From the NCBI GenBank assembly GCA_965218795.1, contig OZ244653.1, forward strand, positions 1,440,001 to 1,504,000: 64,000 nt of DNA. The letters run 5' to 3'. The notes under the pieces are model-generated. The model worked only from the letters and a program-made list of their open reading frames with translations, was not told the DNA's origin and ran no database searches. A program made the position numbers and the translations under genes. This DNA is from a bacterium (GTDB lineage: Bacteria; UBA8248; JACPRG01; G963555815). Shown one piece after another: positions 38,443-48,127 of the stretch; position 1 is the first letter of the stretch, and every line of letters begins with the position of its first letter.

Positions 38443-39639
38443 ATGAAATCCGATGGCCCCGCCGGTCGAAACCGGATCGTCATCCTCGGGTCCACCGGCT
38501 CTATTGGAAGAAGCGCCCTGGACATCGTTCGGCACCATCGCGACGTGCTGGAAGTGGTGGGACTGGCCGGACGGCAGAACGTGAATCGGCTCGAAGAGCA
38601 GGCCCGGGAATTCCGTCCTCTCGTGGTCGCCGTCCATGATCGGAAGGCCGCCGGAGCGCTGAAAGACCGCCTCGGCGATCTGGACATCGACGTCTGGGAA
38701 GGCCCCGAGGGGCTGGAACGCATTGCTCGCCTGCCCGAGGCGGACTTGGCGCTGACAGCCGTGGAAGGGGTGGCCGGACTTTTGCCGACGATGGCCGCTG
38801 TGGAGGCGGGAAAGATCGTTGCCCTCGCCAACAAGGAGCCGCTTGTCGCGGCAGGCGAGCTGGTGGTTCGGCAAGCCGGGCAATCCGGCGCCCAGCTCCT
38901 GCCCGTTGACAGCGAGCACAACGCCATTTATCAGGCATTGAAGGGGCACCGGCCCGAAGACGTCCGCCGCCTCATCCTGACTGCTTCAGGCGGCCCGTTC
39001 CGAGATCACACCCAGGGGCAGATGAAAAACGTCACGCGTGAAGAGGCTCTCAAACATCCCAACTGGGACATGGGTCCCAAGATCACCATCGATTCCGCGA
39101 CCATGATGAACAAGGGCCTGGAAATTATCGAGGCGCACTGGCTTTTCGGCGTTCCCGCCGACTGCATTGAAGTGATGATCCATCGCGAGAGCATCGTCCA
39201 TTCGCTGGTCGAGTACGTAGACGGATCGTTCATCGGCCAACTCGGTCCGCCGGATATGAGAGTCCCGATTTCCTATGCGCTACGCTACCCCAAGCGCCTG
39301 GAGGCCCATTTCCCTTGCCTGGACCTCGTCAAGACAGGACAACTCTCCTTCTCCGCGCCCGACACCGACCGCTTCCCCTGCCTCCGCCTCTCCCGCGAAG
39401 CCCTGAACATCGGAGGAACGATGCCCGCCGTTATGAATGCGGCCAACGAGAAGGCGGTGGAATATTTCCTGGGGGATGAAATCTCCTTCCAGCGGATTCC
39501 CGAACTGATCGAAGGAATCATGGAAGCCCACAAACCCGGCCCGAACATCGAGTTGGAAGCCATCCAGCGGGCGGATGAGTGGGCCCGTGAGGAAGCCGGC
39601 AAGTGCCTGGCCAAGTGGAATGACCGAGGGCAGAACTAG
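38443..39639 (+). CDS. dxr: 1-deoxy-D-xylulose-5-phosphate reductoisomerase
   Basis: LGSTGSIG, LANKE, PVDSEH, LTASGGPF, HPNWDMGPKITIDSATMMNKGLE, NAANE. Confidence 0.98.
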   Translation: MKSDGPAGRNRIVILGSTGSIGRSALDIVRHHRDVLEVVGLAGRQNVNRLEEQAREFRPLVVAVHDRKAAGALKDRLGDLDIDVWEGPEGLERIARLPEADLALTAVEGVAGLLPTMAAVEAGKIVALANKEPLVAAGELVVRQAGQSGAQLLPVDSEHNAIYQALKGHRPEDVRRLILTASGGPFRDHTQGQMKNVTREEALKHPNWDMGPKITIDSATMMNKGLEIIEAHWLFGVPADCIEVMIHRESIVHSLVEYVDGSFIGQLGPPDMRVPISYALRYPKRLEAHFPCLDLVKTGQLSFSAPDTDRFPCLRLSREALNIGGTMPAVMNAANEKAVEYFLGDEISFQRIPELIEGIMEAHKPGPNIELEAIQRADEWAREEAGKCLAKWNDRGQN

Positions 39640-40117
39640 TCCGGAAGGTCCGGGACGCTGGGCTGCCGTCAGCCGCGGGATCGGTTGGGCGTTGGCCGCC
39701 GGCGCGGGCACGGGACTGATTCCAAGACTGCCCGGGACGGCCGCAAGCCTGCTGGCGCTGGGCCTGTTCGTCTATCTGCCCTACCCCGGCGACACGAGCT
39801 ACCTGCTGGTGATTCTCGTCCTGTTCTTCGCCGGCATCCCACTGTGCGCCTGGGCCGAAAGACAATCCGGCAGGCGGGACGATCAACGAATCGTCTGGGA
39901 CGAGATGGTTGGCATGTGGGTGGCCCTGTATGCCCTTCCTCCCCTGGGCTACCTCCACCTCATTGCCTTCTGCCTCTTTCGGGTTTTCGATATCTGGAAG
40001 CCCTTCGGCGAACCAGGCCAGCGGGGATTCGGTATCATGTTGGACGACTTGCTGGCGGGGGTGTGCGCGAACATCTGTCTCCAGATCCTCCTCTGGCTTG
40101 CCGGGGCCTTCCTGTGA
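39620..40117 (+). CDS. pgpA: Phosphatidylglycerophosphatase A
   Basis: PGTAASL, DDQRIVWDEMVG, FRVFDIWKP, GIMLDDLLAG. Confidence 0.93.
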   Translation: MTEGRTSPEGPGRWAAVSRGIGWALAAGAGTGLIPRLPGTAASLLALGLFVYLPYPGDTSYLLVILVLFFAGIPLCAWAERQSGRRDDQRIVWDEMVGMWVALYALPPLGYLHLIAFCLFRVFDIWKPFGEPGQRGFGIMLDDLLAGVCANICLQILLWLAGAFL

Positions 40118-40133
40118 ACTGGAGACTCCTTCA

Positions 40134-40649
40134 ATGACCTATCGGGACAAACCTCCGTTGGAGGAATTCATTGGCCGCCTCCTTCTCGATCGGGGATGGA
40201 CGCTGGCGACGGCGGAATCCTGCACAGGCGGGGGGATCGGTGCCCGGATTACGGCCGTATCGGGAAGCTCGGCATACTACCTGGGCGGCGTCATCGCCTA
40301 CCACAACAACGTGAAGGAGAAGCGCCTCGGAGTATCCATCGAGACGCTGGAGACCGTCGGAGCCGTAAGCCGCGAGACTGCCGAGCAGATGGCGCGCGGG
40401 GCCAGGGATATAGGGGGCGCATCGGTCGGGCTCTCCGTCACGGGTATCGCCGGACCCACCGGCGGGACGGAGGAAAAGCCCGTGGGGACGGTGTATATCG
40501 GCGCCGCTTCCGACCGAGGGACGGAAGTCCGGCATTTCGTGTTTGCCGGAGACCGGCAATCCGTGCGGTCTCAAAGTGAGGACGCGGCTCTCGCTCTGCT
40601 GCGCGATCATCTGAGCCAGGGGTCCCCCTCCGAGACCGGCGATGGATGA
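40134..40649 (+). CDS. CinA C-terminal domain / nicotinamide-nucleotide amidase (PncC) family
   Basis: ATAESCTGG, GSSAYY.GG..AYHN..K, GAVS.ETA..MA.G, SVTGIAGP.GG..KPVGTV; ATG 40134 with GGAG RBS. Confidence 0.93.
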   Translation: MTYRDKPPLEEFIGRLLLDRGWTLATAESCTGGGIGARITAVSGSSAYYLGGVIAYHNNVKEKRLGVSIETLETVGAVSRETAEQMARGARDIGGASVGLSVTGIAGPTGGTEEKPVGTVYIGAASDRGTEVRHFVFAGDRQSVRSQSEDAALALLRDHLSQGSPSETGDG

Positions 40650-41280
40650 AGACTTCGCAAGCCGGACGCCCGAGGAAAAGACCAAGCGGTGCTTCGTGGC
40701 CGTTCCGCTGCCGGAGGAGGTTCGCCGCCAAGCCGACGCGATTCAGCAATCTCTGCGGAGGATATCGTCCCTGAAGGGCATCCGCTGGACCCGGAGCGAG
40801 GGGCTTCACATCACACTGAAGTTTCTGGGCGGAGTCCCGGTGGAGGATATCGTCTACATCGCCCAGCAGCTCTCGATTGTGGCCCAGGGATGCTGGCCCA
40901 CGTGGATTCGATTGGACCGGCTGGGCGTCTTCCCCAGCCCCCGGAGACCCCGTATCTTCTGGTGGGGGACCGACCCCGACATCGTGCCGTCCGAATTCCA
41001 GGCCATCCATTTTCACGTCCAGGAGGCCTTACACCTTTTGGGTTACGAAAAAGAGAACCGGCCGTTCCACCCTCACGTCACGCTCGGACGCATCCAGGGA
41101 GGCGTGAACCCCGTCCACTTGGACGAGGCCATGAAAGACCCCGGCGCTCCGATGGACGCCGGGTTCCCCATCGATCGGTTTGACCTGATGGAAAGCCGCC
41201 TTCATCCGGCGGGGGCGATCCATGAGTCCCTGGCCGAAATCCATATCGAGCCCGAACGGCCGGAAGAACAGCCCCCGTGA
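40642..41280 (+). CDS. thpR: RNA 2',3'-cyclic phosphodiesterase (2H phosphoesterase)
   Basis: RCFVAV and two HxT motifs (LHITLKFLG, FHPHVTLGR). Confidence 0.93.
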   Translation: MDEDFASRTPEEKTKRCFVAVPLPEEVRRQADAIQQSLRRISSLKGIRWTRSEGLHITLKFLGGVPVEDIVYIAQQLSIVAQGCWPTWIRLDRLGVFPSPRRPRIFWWGTDPDIVPSEFQAIHFHVQEALHLLGYEKENRPFHPHVTLGRIQGGVNPVHLDEAMKDPGAPMDAGFPIDRFDLMESRLHPAGAIHESLAEIHIEPERPEEQPP

Positions 41281-41430
41281 AGAAATCCTCCGGCGGGGAA
41301 ACCAGCAGCGAAGAGGCTCCATCCGACCGCGCCGTCGGTGTATTGCGAACGCATGGCCGCGGTGCTAGCATGTGACGAAACCCAGTATTTCCAATGATTT
41401 GTGAACCCTTCCTCCGGAGATATCAATCCG

Positions 41431-42072
41431 ATGGAAAAGACAGATGCCGGGCCGGTCGAGATTCGGAAAGTGCGCGTGGGAGACTTTGGAAACAACATCT
41501 ACGTCCTGGTCTGCAAGGCGACCGGAGACAGCGTAATCGTGGACGCCTCTTTCGAGGCGAATCAGATCCTCGCCGCCGCGGAGGGGACGAACGTCAAGTA
41601 CATCCTCATGACGCATTGTCACTCCGATCACGTCCAGGCGCTGGATGAATTGAGGGAGGCGACCGGCGCGCCGGTGGGAATCCCGCCCGCCGAGGCCAAA
41701 GAATTCGGGATCATGGGTGATTTTGATATCCATGAAGGCGATACGATCCAATTCGGCGAGTGCCAGGTCGAGGCCTTCCTGGCCGGGCCGGGGCATTCCC
41801 CGGCGGGCACGGCCTTCCTCATGCCGGGTCACTGCATTATCGGCGACGCCGTCTTTCCTGGAGGCCCCGGGCGCACGAACGGCCCGAAAGAATTTGAAGC
41901 CCTCGTGGAGAACATTCAAAAGCGGGTATACACCCTCCCCGATGAGACCATGCTTTATCCGGGGCACGGGGACAATACCACCGTAGGCGATTCAAAGAAG
42001 GAATACGCAGTCTTCGCCGGGAAGGAGCGAAGCGAAACGCCGCACGGGGACGTCCTCTGGCTCGAAGCCTGA
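41431..42072 (+). CDS. Metallo-beta-lactamase-fold hydrolase (glyoxalase II-like)
   Basis: THCHSDHV (HxHxDH), PGHSP, GDAVFPGGPG, LYPGHG. Confidence 0.92.
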   Translation: MEKTDAGPVEIRKVRVGDFGNNIYVLVCKATGDSVIVDASFEANQILAAAEGTNVKYILMTHCHSDHVQALDELREATGAPVGIPPAEAKEFGIMGDFDIHEGDTIQFGECQVEAFLAGPGHSPAGTAFLMPGHCIIGDAVFPGGPGRTNGPKEFEALVENIQKRVYTLPDETMLYPGHGDNTTVGDSKKEYAVFAGKERSETPHGDVLWLEA

Positions 42073-42089
42073 CGGAGTCGATTGTATCC

Positions 42090-42518
42090 ATGTCCGAACC
42101 GACGAACGGACATCCCGTTCTCGACCCGGCCGAACCCGCCGTCCATGGAAATCAGGAGGCCCATTGGCTGTACGTGGGCGAGCCGCCCGTCTATGCGCCT
42201 CTCTCCCCTTGGACAAAATTTCAGGGCGGGGGGTTTTACGTGATGCTGTTTACGATCTTCGGGATCTGTTGGACGATTCTATGCGGCGCGGGCATCTATT
42301 ACGGGATGCGGAACGTCGCAATCGCGAACTCCATCGGATTTTGGGACGCGGTTCAGCTCCGCGCGGGAACGGGCCTCTGGCTCTGGATTCAGGTCTGGCT
42401 GTATCCGGTGATGGGCACCCAGCTTGCGTCGGTCCTCATCCGTCTCTATTACAGGAAGAAGGGCAAGCCGCTGCATCAGAGCATCCGCCCCGGACGCATA
42501 GAATCCGCCGAGCCGTAG
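42090..42518 (+). CDS. Hypothetical membrane protein (2 TM)
   Basis: Follows the MBL gene by 17 bp with a GGAG RBS; two hydrophobic helices followed by a basic tail; no family recognised. Confidence 0.65.
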   Translation: MSEPTNGHPVLDPAEPAVHGNQEAHWLYVGEPPVYAPLSPWTKFQGGGFYVMLFTIFGICWTILCGAGIYYGMRNVAIANSIGFWDAVQLRAGTGLWLWIQVWLYPVMGTQLASVLIRLYYRKKGKPLHQSIRPGRIESAEP

Positions 42519-42531
42519 ACGATGGTCTGGG

Positions 42532-42816
42532 TTGTGTGGATTTTGGAGAATTCAGTTGCCGCGAAGGGAAAAACGCCCGGTCTTGGGGCACCTGTTCTGG
42601 GGACTGATGACCCTACTCTCCGTCGGGCTGATGATGTCCGGCATCGGCCCGATCGAGCTGATCGGCGACGGCCTCCTCGCACTTTGTCTCATCAAGGCGG
42701 GATTAAAGATTCACGGTCACGTCATCGGCGGGGGACCCCGCCGGCGCCTTCGCTTCGGCGCAAGAGCGGGAACGGAGCCGGCGCCCCCCAAGAGCGAGCC
42801 CTCACCCGGCGCCTGA
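42532..42816 (+). CDS. Hypothetical small membrane protein
   Basis: Two hydrophobic segments (LGHLFWGLMTLLSVGLMMS; LIGDGLLALCLIKAGL); start uncertain. Confidence 0.4.
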   Translation: MCGFWRIQLPRREKRPVLGHLFWGLMTLLSVGLMMSGIGPIELIGDGLLALCLIKAGLKIHGHVIGGGPRRRLRFGARAGTEPAPPKSEPSPGA

Positions 42817-42885
42817 CGCGCCGTCGTCCGTCCAATCCGCCATGCCCTCCCATCCGCACGTCAACGCCCGGGAGAATCCATCCGC

Positions 42886-43158
42886 ATGATCGGATGTCTG
42901 GTGCTCATCGGATTGCTCTTCAGTGCGGCCATCGGCAAGAGGCCGGGTGCATTGATATACCTGCTGCTGGTCGCGCTCTACATCGGCCTGCGGAACTGGT
43001 CGCACCGCGCTCAGGCGCCCGAGGTGGAGGAAGGTGAGTCGCTGGAGGGCTATGAGAGCGAGGCCGACTGGCGCCGCGCGAAGCGAATCGAGGGCCGGCT
43101 GGCCTGGTCGGGCGTGGTGATCCTCACGATCTCTCTCTATTTCTATTTTTCAGACTGA
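42886..43158 (+). CDS. Hypothetical small membrane protein (3 TM)
   Basis: GGAG RBS; hydrophobic N-terminal hairpin, acidic loop, C-terminal TM. Confidence 0.55.
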   Translation: MIGCLVLIGLLFSAAIGKRPGALIYLLLVALYIGLRNWSHRAQAPEVEEGESLEGYESEADWRRAKRIEGRLAWSGVVILTISLYFYFSD

Positions 43159-43598
43159 CGTGTTCCCGGAGGATTTCGGGGCGTCCGATCGCCATCCAGC
43201 TCCGCCCGCATGGCCTCCTCGATGTCAGGCGGGAGCCGTTCCGGCCGCATCTTGTCGTTGAGATGGGCCAGGACGGTGAACCCCTCGGCGACGACCTTCC
43301 CCCTCGCATCGCGGGCGGTATAGTCCACGCGAAACCGGGTTCGGCGAACCTCGCCGATTCGCGCCTCCACGTAAACCTTGTCGTCGTAACCCACGGCCGC
43401 CAGATGCCGGCAGCCGGATTCGATGATGGGCAGGCGGGACCCGCGCGACTCCAATGCCCGGTAGGAATAACCCAGCATCTTGCTGAACAGGTCTGTTCGG
43501 GCTACTTCGAACCAGACGAGGTAGACCGAATGATGGGCTACGCCCATCTGATCGGTCTCGGCGTAGCGGACCGTAATCTCCGACACGTGGGGAGGCAA
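43143..43598 (-). CDS. Acyl-CoA thioesterase, YbgC/FadM (4HBT) family
   Basis: VRYAETDQMGVAHHSVYLVWFEVART hot-dog motif. Confidence 0.93.
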   Translation of the reverse strand: MPPHVSEITVRYAETDQMGVAHHSVYLVWFEVARTDLFSKMLGYSYRALESRGSRLPIIESGCRHLAAVGYDDKVYVEARIGEVRRTRFRVDYTARDARGKVVAEGFTVLAHLNDKMRPERLPPDIEEAMRAELDGDRTPRNPPGTRQSEK

Positions 43599-43608
43599 CC
43601 GGATTCCC

Positions 43609-44967
43609 CTAAAGAAGCATGGCGGAAGCCGTGGAGAAGTAGATGAGGGCGCTCACGATGTCGATGGTCGTCGACACGAAAGGCTGGGTGGCCACGGCCG
43701 GGTCGATGTTGATCCAGGAAAACAGCAGCGGCACTATGACGGACCAGACCGCGGCGGCGATGATCCCGAACAGGATCGCCAAGGCCGCTATCGGTCCCAG
43801 CCAGGGGTGGCTGGAATAAAGAAGGTACGTAATCCCGCCCAGCAGAATGGAGATGGCGAGGCCGAGCAGGAGCCCGACCTGGAGCTGTTTCCAGATGATC
43901 TGTACCCACTGCTTGGGGTTCAGCCGGCCCGTCGCCAGCCCTCGCACCAGAACCGCGACGGACTGATTGCCGACAATCCCGCCCATGCCCAGAATCACGG
44001 GCATCATGGCGGCCAGATAGACCTGATTGTTGATCAGCCCCGCAAATCGGGCGATGACCTGCGCCGTCACCAGGCCGGCGCCCAGCCCCACCAGGAGCCA
44101 CGGCAGCCGGTAGCCCGCCACGCGGAAGGCGGACCGGGTCAGGATTTCATCGTCGGTCGTACCGGCCATTTTCAGGATGTCTTCCGTAGCCTCCGCCCGG
44201 ATCACGTCGATGACGTCATCGACGGTCACGATCCCCAACAAGCGATTCTCCTGATCCACAACGGGGAGGGCTAACAGGTCGTACCGGGAGACGAGCCGGG
44301 CGACCTCTTCCTGGTCGGTATCAGTGTATACCCGGTACACCTCTTCCCTCGCCAGGCCCTTCAGTGTGGCGTCCGGCGAGGCCAAGAGAAGCTGGCGAAG
44401 GGAGAGGACCCCTTCGAGGTGATTGTCGTCGTCCACAACGTAGATATAGAAAACGGTTTCCGCTTCACTCTCTTTGCGAACGCTGGTGATCGCCTCGGCG
44501 GCCGACATGCCTTCGGGCAGGGACAGGCAATGGGGGGTCATGATCCCCCCGGCAGTCTCTTCGCCGTATTGGAGCAGGTCGGTCACCGGCTCCGCCACGG
44601 GCGCTTGGAGGATCTCCAGGATGGACTTCGCCTTCTCGTCGGACAGCCGGCCGATGAGATCGGTGACATCGTCGGCCTCCATCTCCTGAAAGAGAGCCGC
44701 CGCGTCCTTCGGCTCCATCGGCTCCAGGAGTTCGTGGGCCGTCTGGTCGTCGCACTCGCTCAGGACCTGCGCGGCCCGCACACCGTCATCGATCAGCCGG
44801 AAGGTGGCCAGCTTCTCGTCTCCCGCCATGTGGAGGAGCATCTGGGCGAGATCGGCCGCGTGGAGCTTGTCGAGGAGGTTCTTGGCGTGCCCCATCGCTC
44901 CGCGGCGCATCAGGCGGCGAAAGGAATCCTGCACCAGATGAAGTTTTTGTTCCTGACTCTGAACCAT
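43609..44967 (-). CDS. mgtE: Magnesium transporter MgtE
   Basis: MgtE_N, EETAGGIMT, CBS pair, GIVTVDDVIDV, RLPWL, GMGGIVGNQS, IDPAVATQPFVSTTIDI. Confidence 0.96.
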   Translation of the reverse strand: MVQSQEQKLHLVQDSFRRLMRRGAMGHAKNLLDKLHAADLAQMLLHMAGDEKLATFRLIDDGVRAAQVLSECDDQTAHELLEPMEPKDAAALFQEMEADDVTDLIGRLSDEKAKSILEILQAPVAEPVTDLLQYGEETAGGIMTPHCLSLPEGMSAAEAITSVRKESEAETVFYIYVVDDDNHLEGVLSLRQLLLASPDATLKGLAREEVYRVYTDTDQEEVARLVSRYDLLALPVVDQENRLLGIVTVDDVIDVIRAEATEDILKMAGTTDDEILTRSAFRVAGYRLPWLLVGLGAGLVTAQVIARFAGLINNQVYLAAMMPVILGMGGIVGNQSVAVLVRGLATGRLNPKQWVQIIWKQLQVGLLLGLAISILLGGITYLLYSSHPWLGPIAALAILFGIIAAAVWSVIVPLLFSWINIDPAVATQPFVSTTIDIVSALIYFSTASAMLL

Positions 44968-45322
44968 CGGTCAATACCCTTCCGTGAGCACGCGTCCGCC
45001 AACCGCGCGGCTGCGAGCGGGGCATTATCTATCGCGGAAGCGTCCGACTGTCAAACCGTCCCGGGCGCCTACCCTCCGGGCCAATCCCGGCCGTCCACCA
45101 CCGCGAGTCGCCGTCCACGACTCGGGCGCCAAGTGATTCAGATTACCAGATGGAGAGTGAGGCCCGGAGGGGGGGATGAAAGAATTCACAAGACTGACAC
45201 GATTGAAAAGTCGCGGTCCTCTGGGCCGAATCGGCAGGTGTCGGGCTCAGCGGAGGCCGGATTTCGAACACCGGGAGGGAATCCCGGAAAGGGGCGGTCA
45301 ATCCGCGGCCGGGCCCGGCGTC

Positions 45323-46168
45323 TTATGTCTTGAGGGCTTCGAATACCTGCCGTGCAACGCTCGGAAGCATAATCATCGAGAGGTGTCCCGTCCCGTCGAT
45401 CAGGACCTTCCGGACCGCCGGGACGTCCCAGCCGCCCGCCGATTCCTCCGGCGCCATGGCATCGAAAGAAGAGAAGATATCGGTTGCATCCAGATCGATC
45501 GGGTCATCTCCCAGCCATTGAAGAAAGCTGCTTTCCGGCTTCATATCCAGCCCGCAATCCCCCCAGGTAAACGCCCAAAAAGGAATCCCGCGGTGCGGCG
45601 TTGCCAGAGCGACGAGGTGCGCCACCCGGATATCCGAGCGGGCATCCCGGCGCGCCTGGGCCACGCAGGCCCGGGCGATCAATCCGCCCATGCTGTGCCC
45701 GACCAAATCCACGGCGTCCGCCCCGGTTTCCTCCAGCACATCCAGAATCACGCCGGTCAACTGGGCGGCAAAACCCCGAATGTCCGACCTGACGGGAGTG
45801 AAAGTAGGCATGACCACTGTGGACCGGCCCATCGTGCGGAGCCAGAAGGCGAGGACGGCCATCGTCCATCCCCGCATGGAATAGCCATGGCAAAGAATGA
45901 CGGGGCGATCGCCCTGACGCGAAGTGGAGGGCAGCGTTTTCTTCTGGGCCAAAATGCGCCGTATCTGCGTCCATACCCAATCGGCCATCCAGAGCACAAC
46001 CATCACGAGCGTCGAAAGCGATTCGATGAGGTAGCCGCGGACGCCGGGCCAAGTCACTTGATAGAACCGCCTTTCCCAATCCGCCTTCCTCCCCTTTTCA
46101 TAAAGGCGGAATGCGCAGAGCAGCAGATTGTACGCGAGAATGAAAAGGATCAAGAGCCAAAAGAGCAT
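45323..46168 (-). CDS. Membrane-anchored alpha/beta hydrolase (lipase/esterase)
   Basis: N-terminal TMs, PVILCHGY, VDLVGHSMGG nucleophile elbow, ATPHRG, SSFD, GTGHLSM. Confidence 0.88.
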   Translation of the reverse strand: MLFWLLILFILAYNLLLCAFRLYEKGRKADWERRFYQVTWPGVRGYLIESLSTLVMVVLWMADWVWTQIRRILAQKKTLPSTSRQGDRPVILCHGYSMRGWTMAVLAFWLRTMGRSTVVMPTFTPVRSDIRGFAAQLTGVILDVLEETGADAVDLVGHSMGGLIARACVAQARRDARSDIRVAHLVALATPHRGIPFWAFTWGDCGLDMKPESSFLQWLGDDPIDLDATDIFSSFDAMAPEESAGGWDVPAVRKVLIDGTGHLSMIMLPSVARQVFEALKT

Positions 46169-46177
46169 CAGCTTCGC

Positions 46178-47329
46178 CTATCCCGTCAAAGAGGGGCGCG
46201 GCCCCCCCTCGGTGTTGTCGATCTTCCGAGCGGCTGCAAACCGGTCCAGGAAACGGCGCCGAGCGATCCCCAACTCCACGAGCCGCACCACCAGGTCCGG
46301 ATAGGCGAGTCCGGCCGCTTCCCATAACTTGGAATATACGCTCGTCGCCGTAAAGCCGGGGATGGTGTTCAACTCGTTCAAATAGATTTTCGGAGGATCC
46401 GGTTGCGTTTCCACCAGAAAATCCACGCGGGCCATTCCGTCGATGTCCATGGCCCGATAGGCCCGAAGGGCCAGTGCCCGAAGGTCAGCCGCCAGAGGTT
46501 CCTCGACGTCCGCCGGGATCACAATGTCCGTAGCGCCCTGGGTGTACTTCCGCTCGTAATCGTACCAGCCCTCACGCGGACAGATTTCCGCCAGGGGATC
46601 CGCCGCCTCCGGCGCGTCCCGGAGTCCGTCTCCGGTGGAATTGCCGAGCACCGCGCACTCCACCTCCCGCCCTTCGATAGCTCGTTCCGCCAAGACCCGC
46701 CGATGGAACCGGAAGGCCGTTTCGACGGCGGCGTCCAGATCGCCCTCATGGTCCACCCGGCTGATGCCAACGCTGCTACCCAGGGCCGCCGGCTTCACGA
46801 ACAGGGGAGGCGAAAGCGAGGCGGCTTCCAGCGTTCGACGGACAGCCGCCGGGTCGTCCCGGTGCGTCTCCCACCGGAGCGCCGCCCATTCGACCATCGG
46901 AAGGCCCTCGGCCTCGCAGACCACCTTGGTCAGCTCTTTATCCATCCCGACGGCCGAGGAGGCGACCCCCGCGCCAACGAAGGGGATCTCCGCCAGATCG
47001 AGAATGCCCTGGAGGGAGCCATCTTCTCCGCCGGGTCCGTGGATGACGGGAAAAGCCGCGTCGAACTCGTGCAGCGTCCCTCTTTCGGCGTCCACCAGGA
47101 CGGGGGGGCCGGGTTCCGCGCGCAGATCCACGCGCGCGCCGGTTTCCGGCGCGTCTTCCGGCGAATCCAGAAGAACCCACGTTCCCTCGACCGTGATCAG
47201 GACGGGGAGAAACTGGATCTCTTCCGGTTTGACCGAACGGGCGATGGAGGCTGCGGAGGCCAGCGAGACTCGGTGCTCGGCCGACCGGCCGCCGAATATG
47301 AGCGCGACGCGTCGAACGGCTTGGGTCAT
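46178..47329 (-). CDS. ddl: D-alanine--D-alanine ligase
   Basis: FGGRSAEHRVSLASA, HGPGGEDGSLQG, MDK, FVKPA..GSSVGI, GREVEC, YDYERKY, ARVDF, NELNTIPGFT. Confidence 0.96.
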   Translation of the reverse strand: MTQAVRRVALIFGGRSAEHRVSLASAASIARSVKPEEIQFLPVLITVEGTWVLLDSPEDAPETGARVDLRAEPGPPVLVDAERGTLHEFDAAFPVIHGPGGEDGSLQGILDLAEIPFVGAGVASSAVGMDKELTKVVCEAEGLPMVEWAALRWETHRDDPAAVRRTLEAASLSPPLFVKPAALGSSVGISRVDHEGDLDAAVETAFRFHRRVLAERAIEGREVECAVLGNSTGDGLRDAPEAADPLAEICPREGWYDYERKYTQGATDIVIPADVEEPLAADLRALALRAYRAMDIDGMARVDFLVETQPDPPKIYLNELNTIPGFTATSVYSKLWEAAGLAYPDLVVRLVELGIARRRFLDRFAAARKIDNTEGGPRPSLTG

Positions 47330-48096
47330 CCCTGAAGACTTCGGAATGCGGAGCAGAGGTCGGCCATGCCCTTGGAGATGATTCCCGTGCCGTTGGCGGC
47401 CAACATCCTGGCCCCCTTGGTCATCCATTTCTCCGCGGTGGCCGGGTCGTTGGCGAGAATGGCCGGTATCTTTCCGGCGTTCACCGTAGCTTCGAAAATC
47501 CGGTCGATAGCCTGCTCCACTTCCGGGTGGGCGAGCTGACCGGGAAATCCGAGGTTCATGCTCAGGTCCGTCGGCCCGACGAAGATGACATCGATCAGCG
47601 GAACCGAAGCGATGCCGTCCACCTCATCGATGGCCTGCCGGGTTTCCACCTGGACGCAAACGAGGGTCTCCTCCTTGGCCGCCGCCAGGTACTCGCCGGG
47701 TTTCCACAGGCCGTAATGGGCCGCCCGGATGGAGAAGGCGATGCCCCGGACTCCGTCGGGGGGATAGTGGGCCGCTGCTGCCGCGCGCTCCCCCTCTTCC
47801 TTCGAGTTCACCTGCGGGATGAGGACGCCCGAAGCCCCGGCATCCAGGGCGCGAAGAATGTTTGTCCGCTCCGAGGAGGTCACGCGGACGACGGCTTCGG
47901 TTCCGGTTGCCTCCGCGGCCCGGACCATACTGACCGCGCTCTCCGTATGCCCGGGGCCGTGTTCGGTATCGGCAAAGAAATAGTCAAACCCGGCCCAGCC
48001 GGCGATCTCCGCCAGCGGGGTCGAAGGGATGCCCAGGAAAACGCCGAAGACGGTTTCCCCTTCGCGCAATCGCGATTTCAAACAATGTGTGGGCAC
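47326..48096 (-). CDS. HpcH/HpaI class II pyruvate aldolase family protein
   Basis: AGFDY..DTEHG, RALDAGA.GVLIPQV, YPPDGVRG, QVET, FVGPTDLS; stop overlaps the ddl start (ATGA). Confidence 0.93.
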   Translation of the reverse strand: MPTHCLKSRLREGETVFGVFLGIPSTPLAEIAGWAGFDYFFADTEHGPGHTESAVSMVRAAEATGTEAVVRVTSSERTNILRALDAGASGVLIPQVNSKEEGERAAAAAHYPPDGVRGIAFSIRAAHYGLWKPGEYLAAAKEETLVCVQVETRQAIDEVDGIASVPLIDVIFVGPTDLSMNLGFPGQLAHPEVEQAIDRIFEATVNAGKIPAILANDPATAEKWMTKGARMLAANGTGIISKGMADLCSAFRSLQG

Positions 48097-48127
48097 GGAA
48101 CAACCTCATCCATCTCGGGGACGGTGC

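Noticed and set aside
46178-47329. VanA-type D-Ala-D-Lac ligase
   Set aside because: Omega loop YDYERKY retains Tyr; no vanX/vanR/vanS
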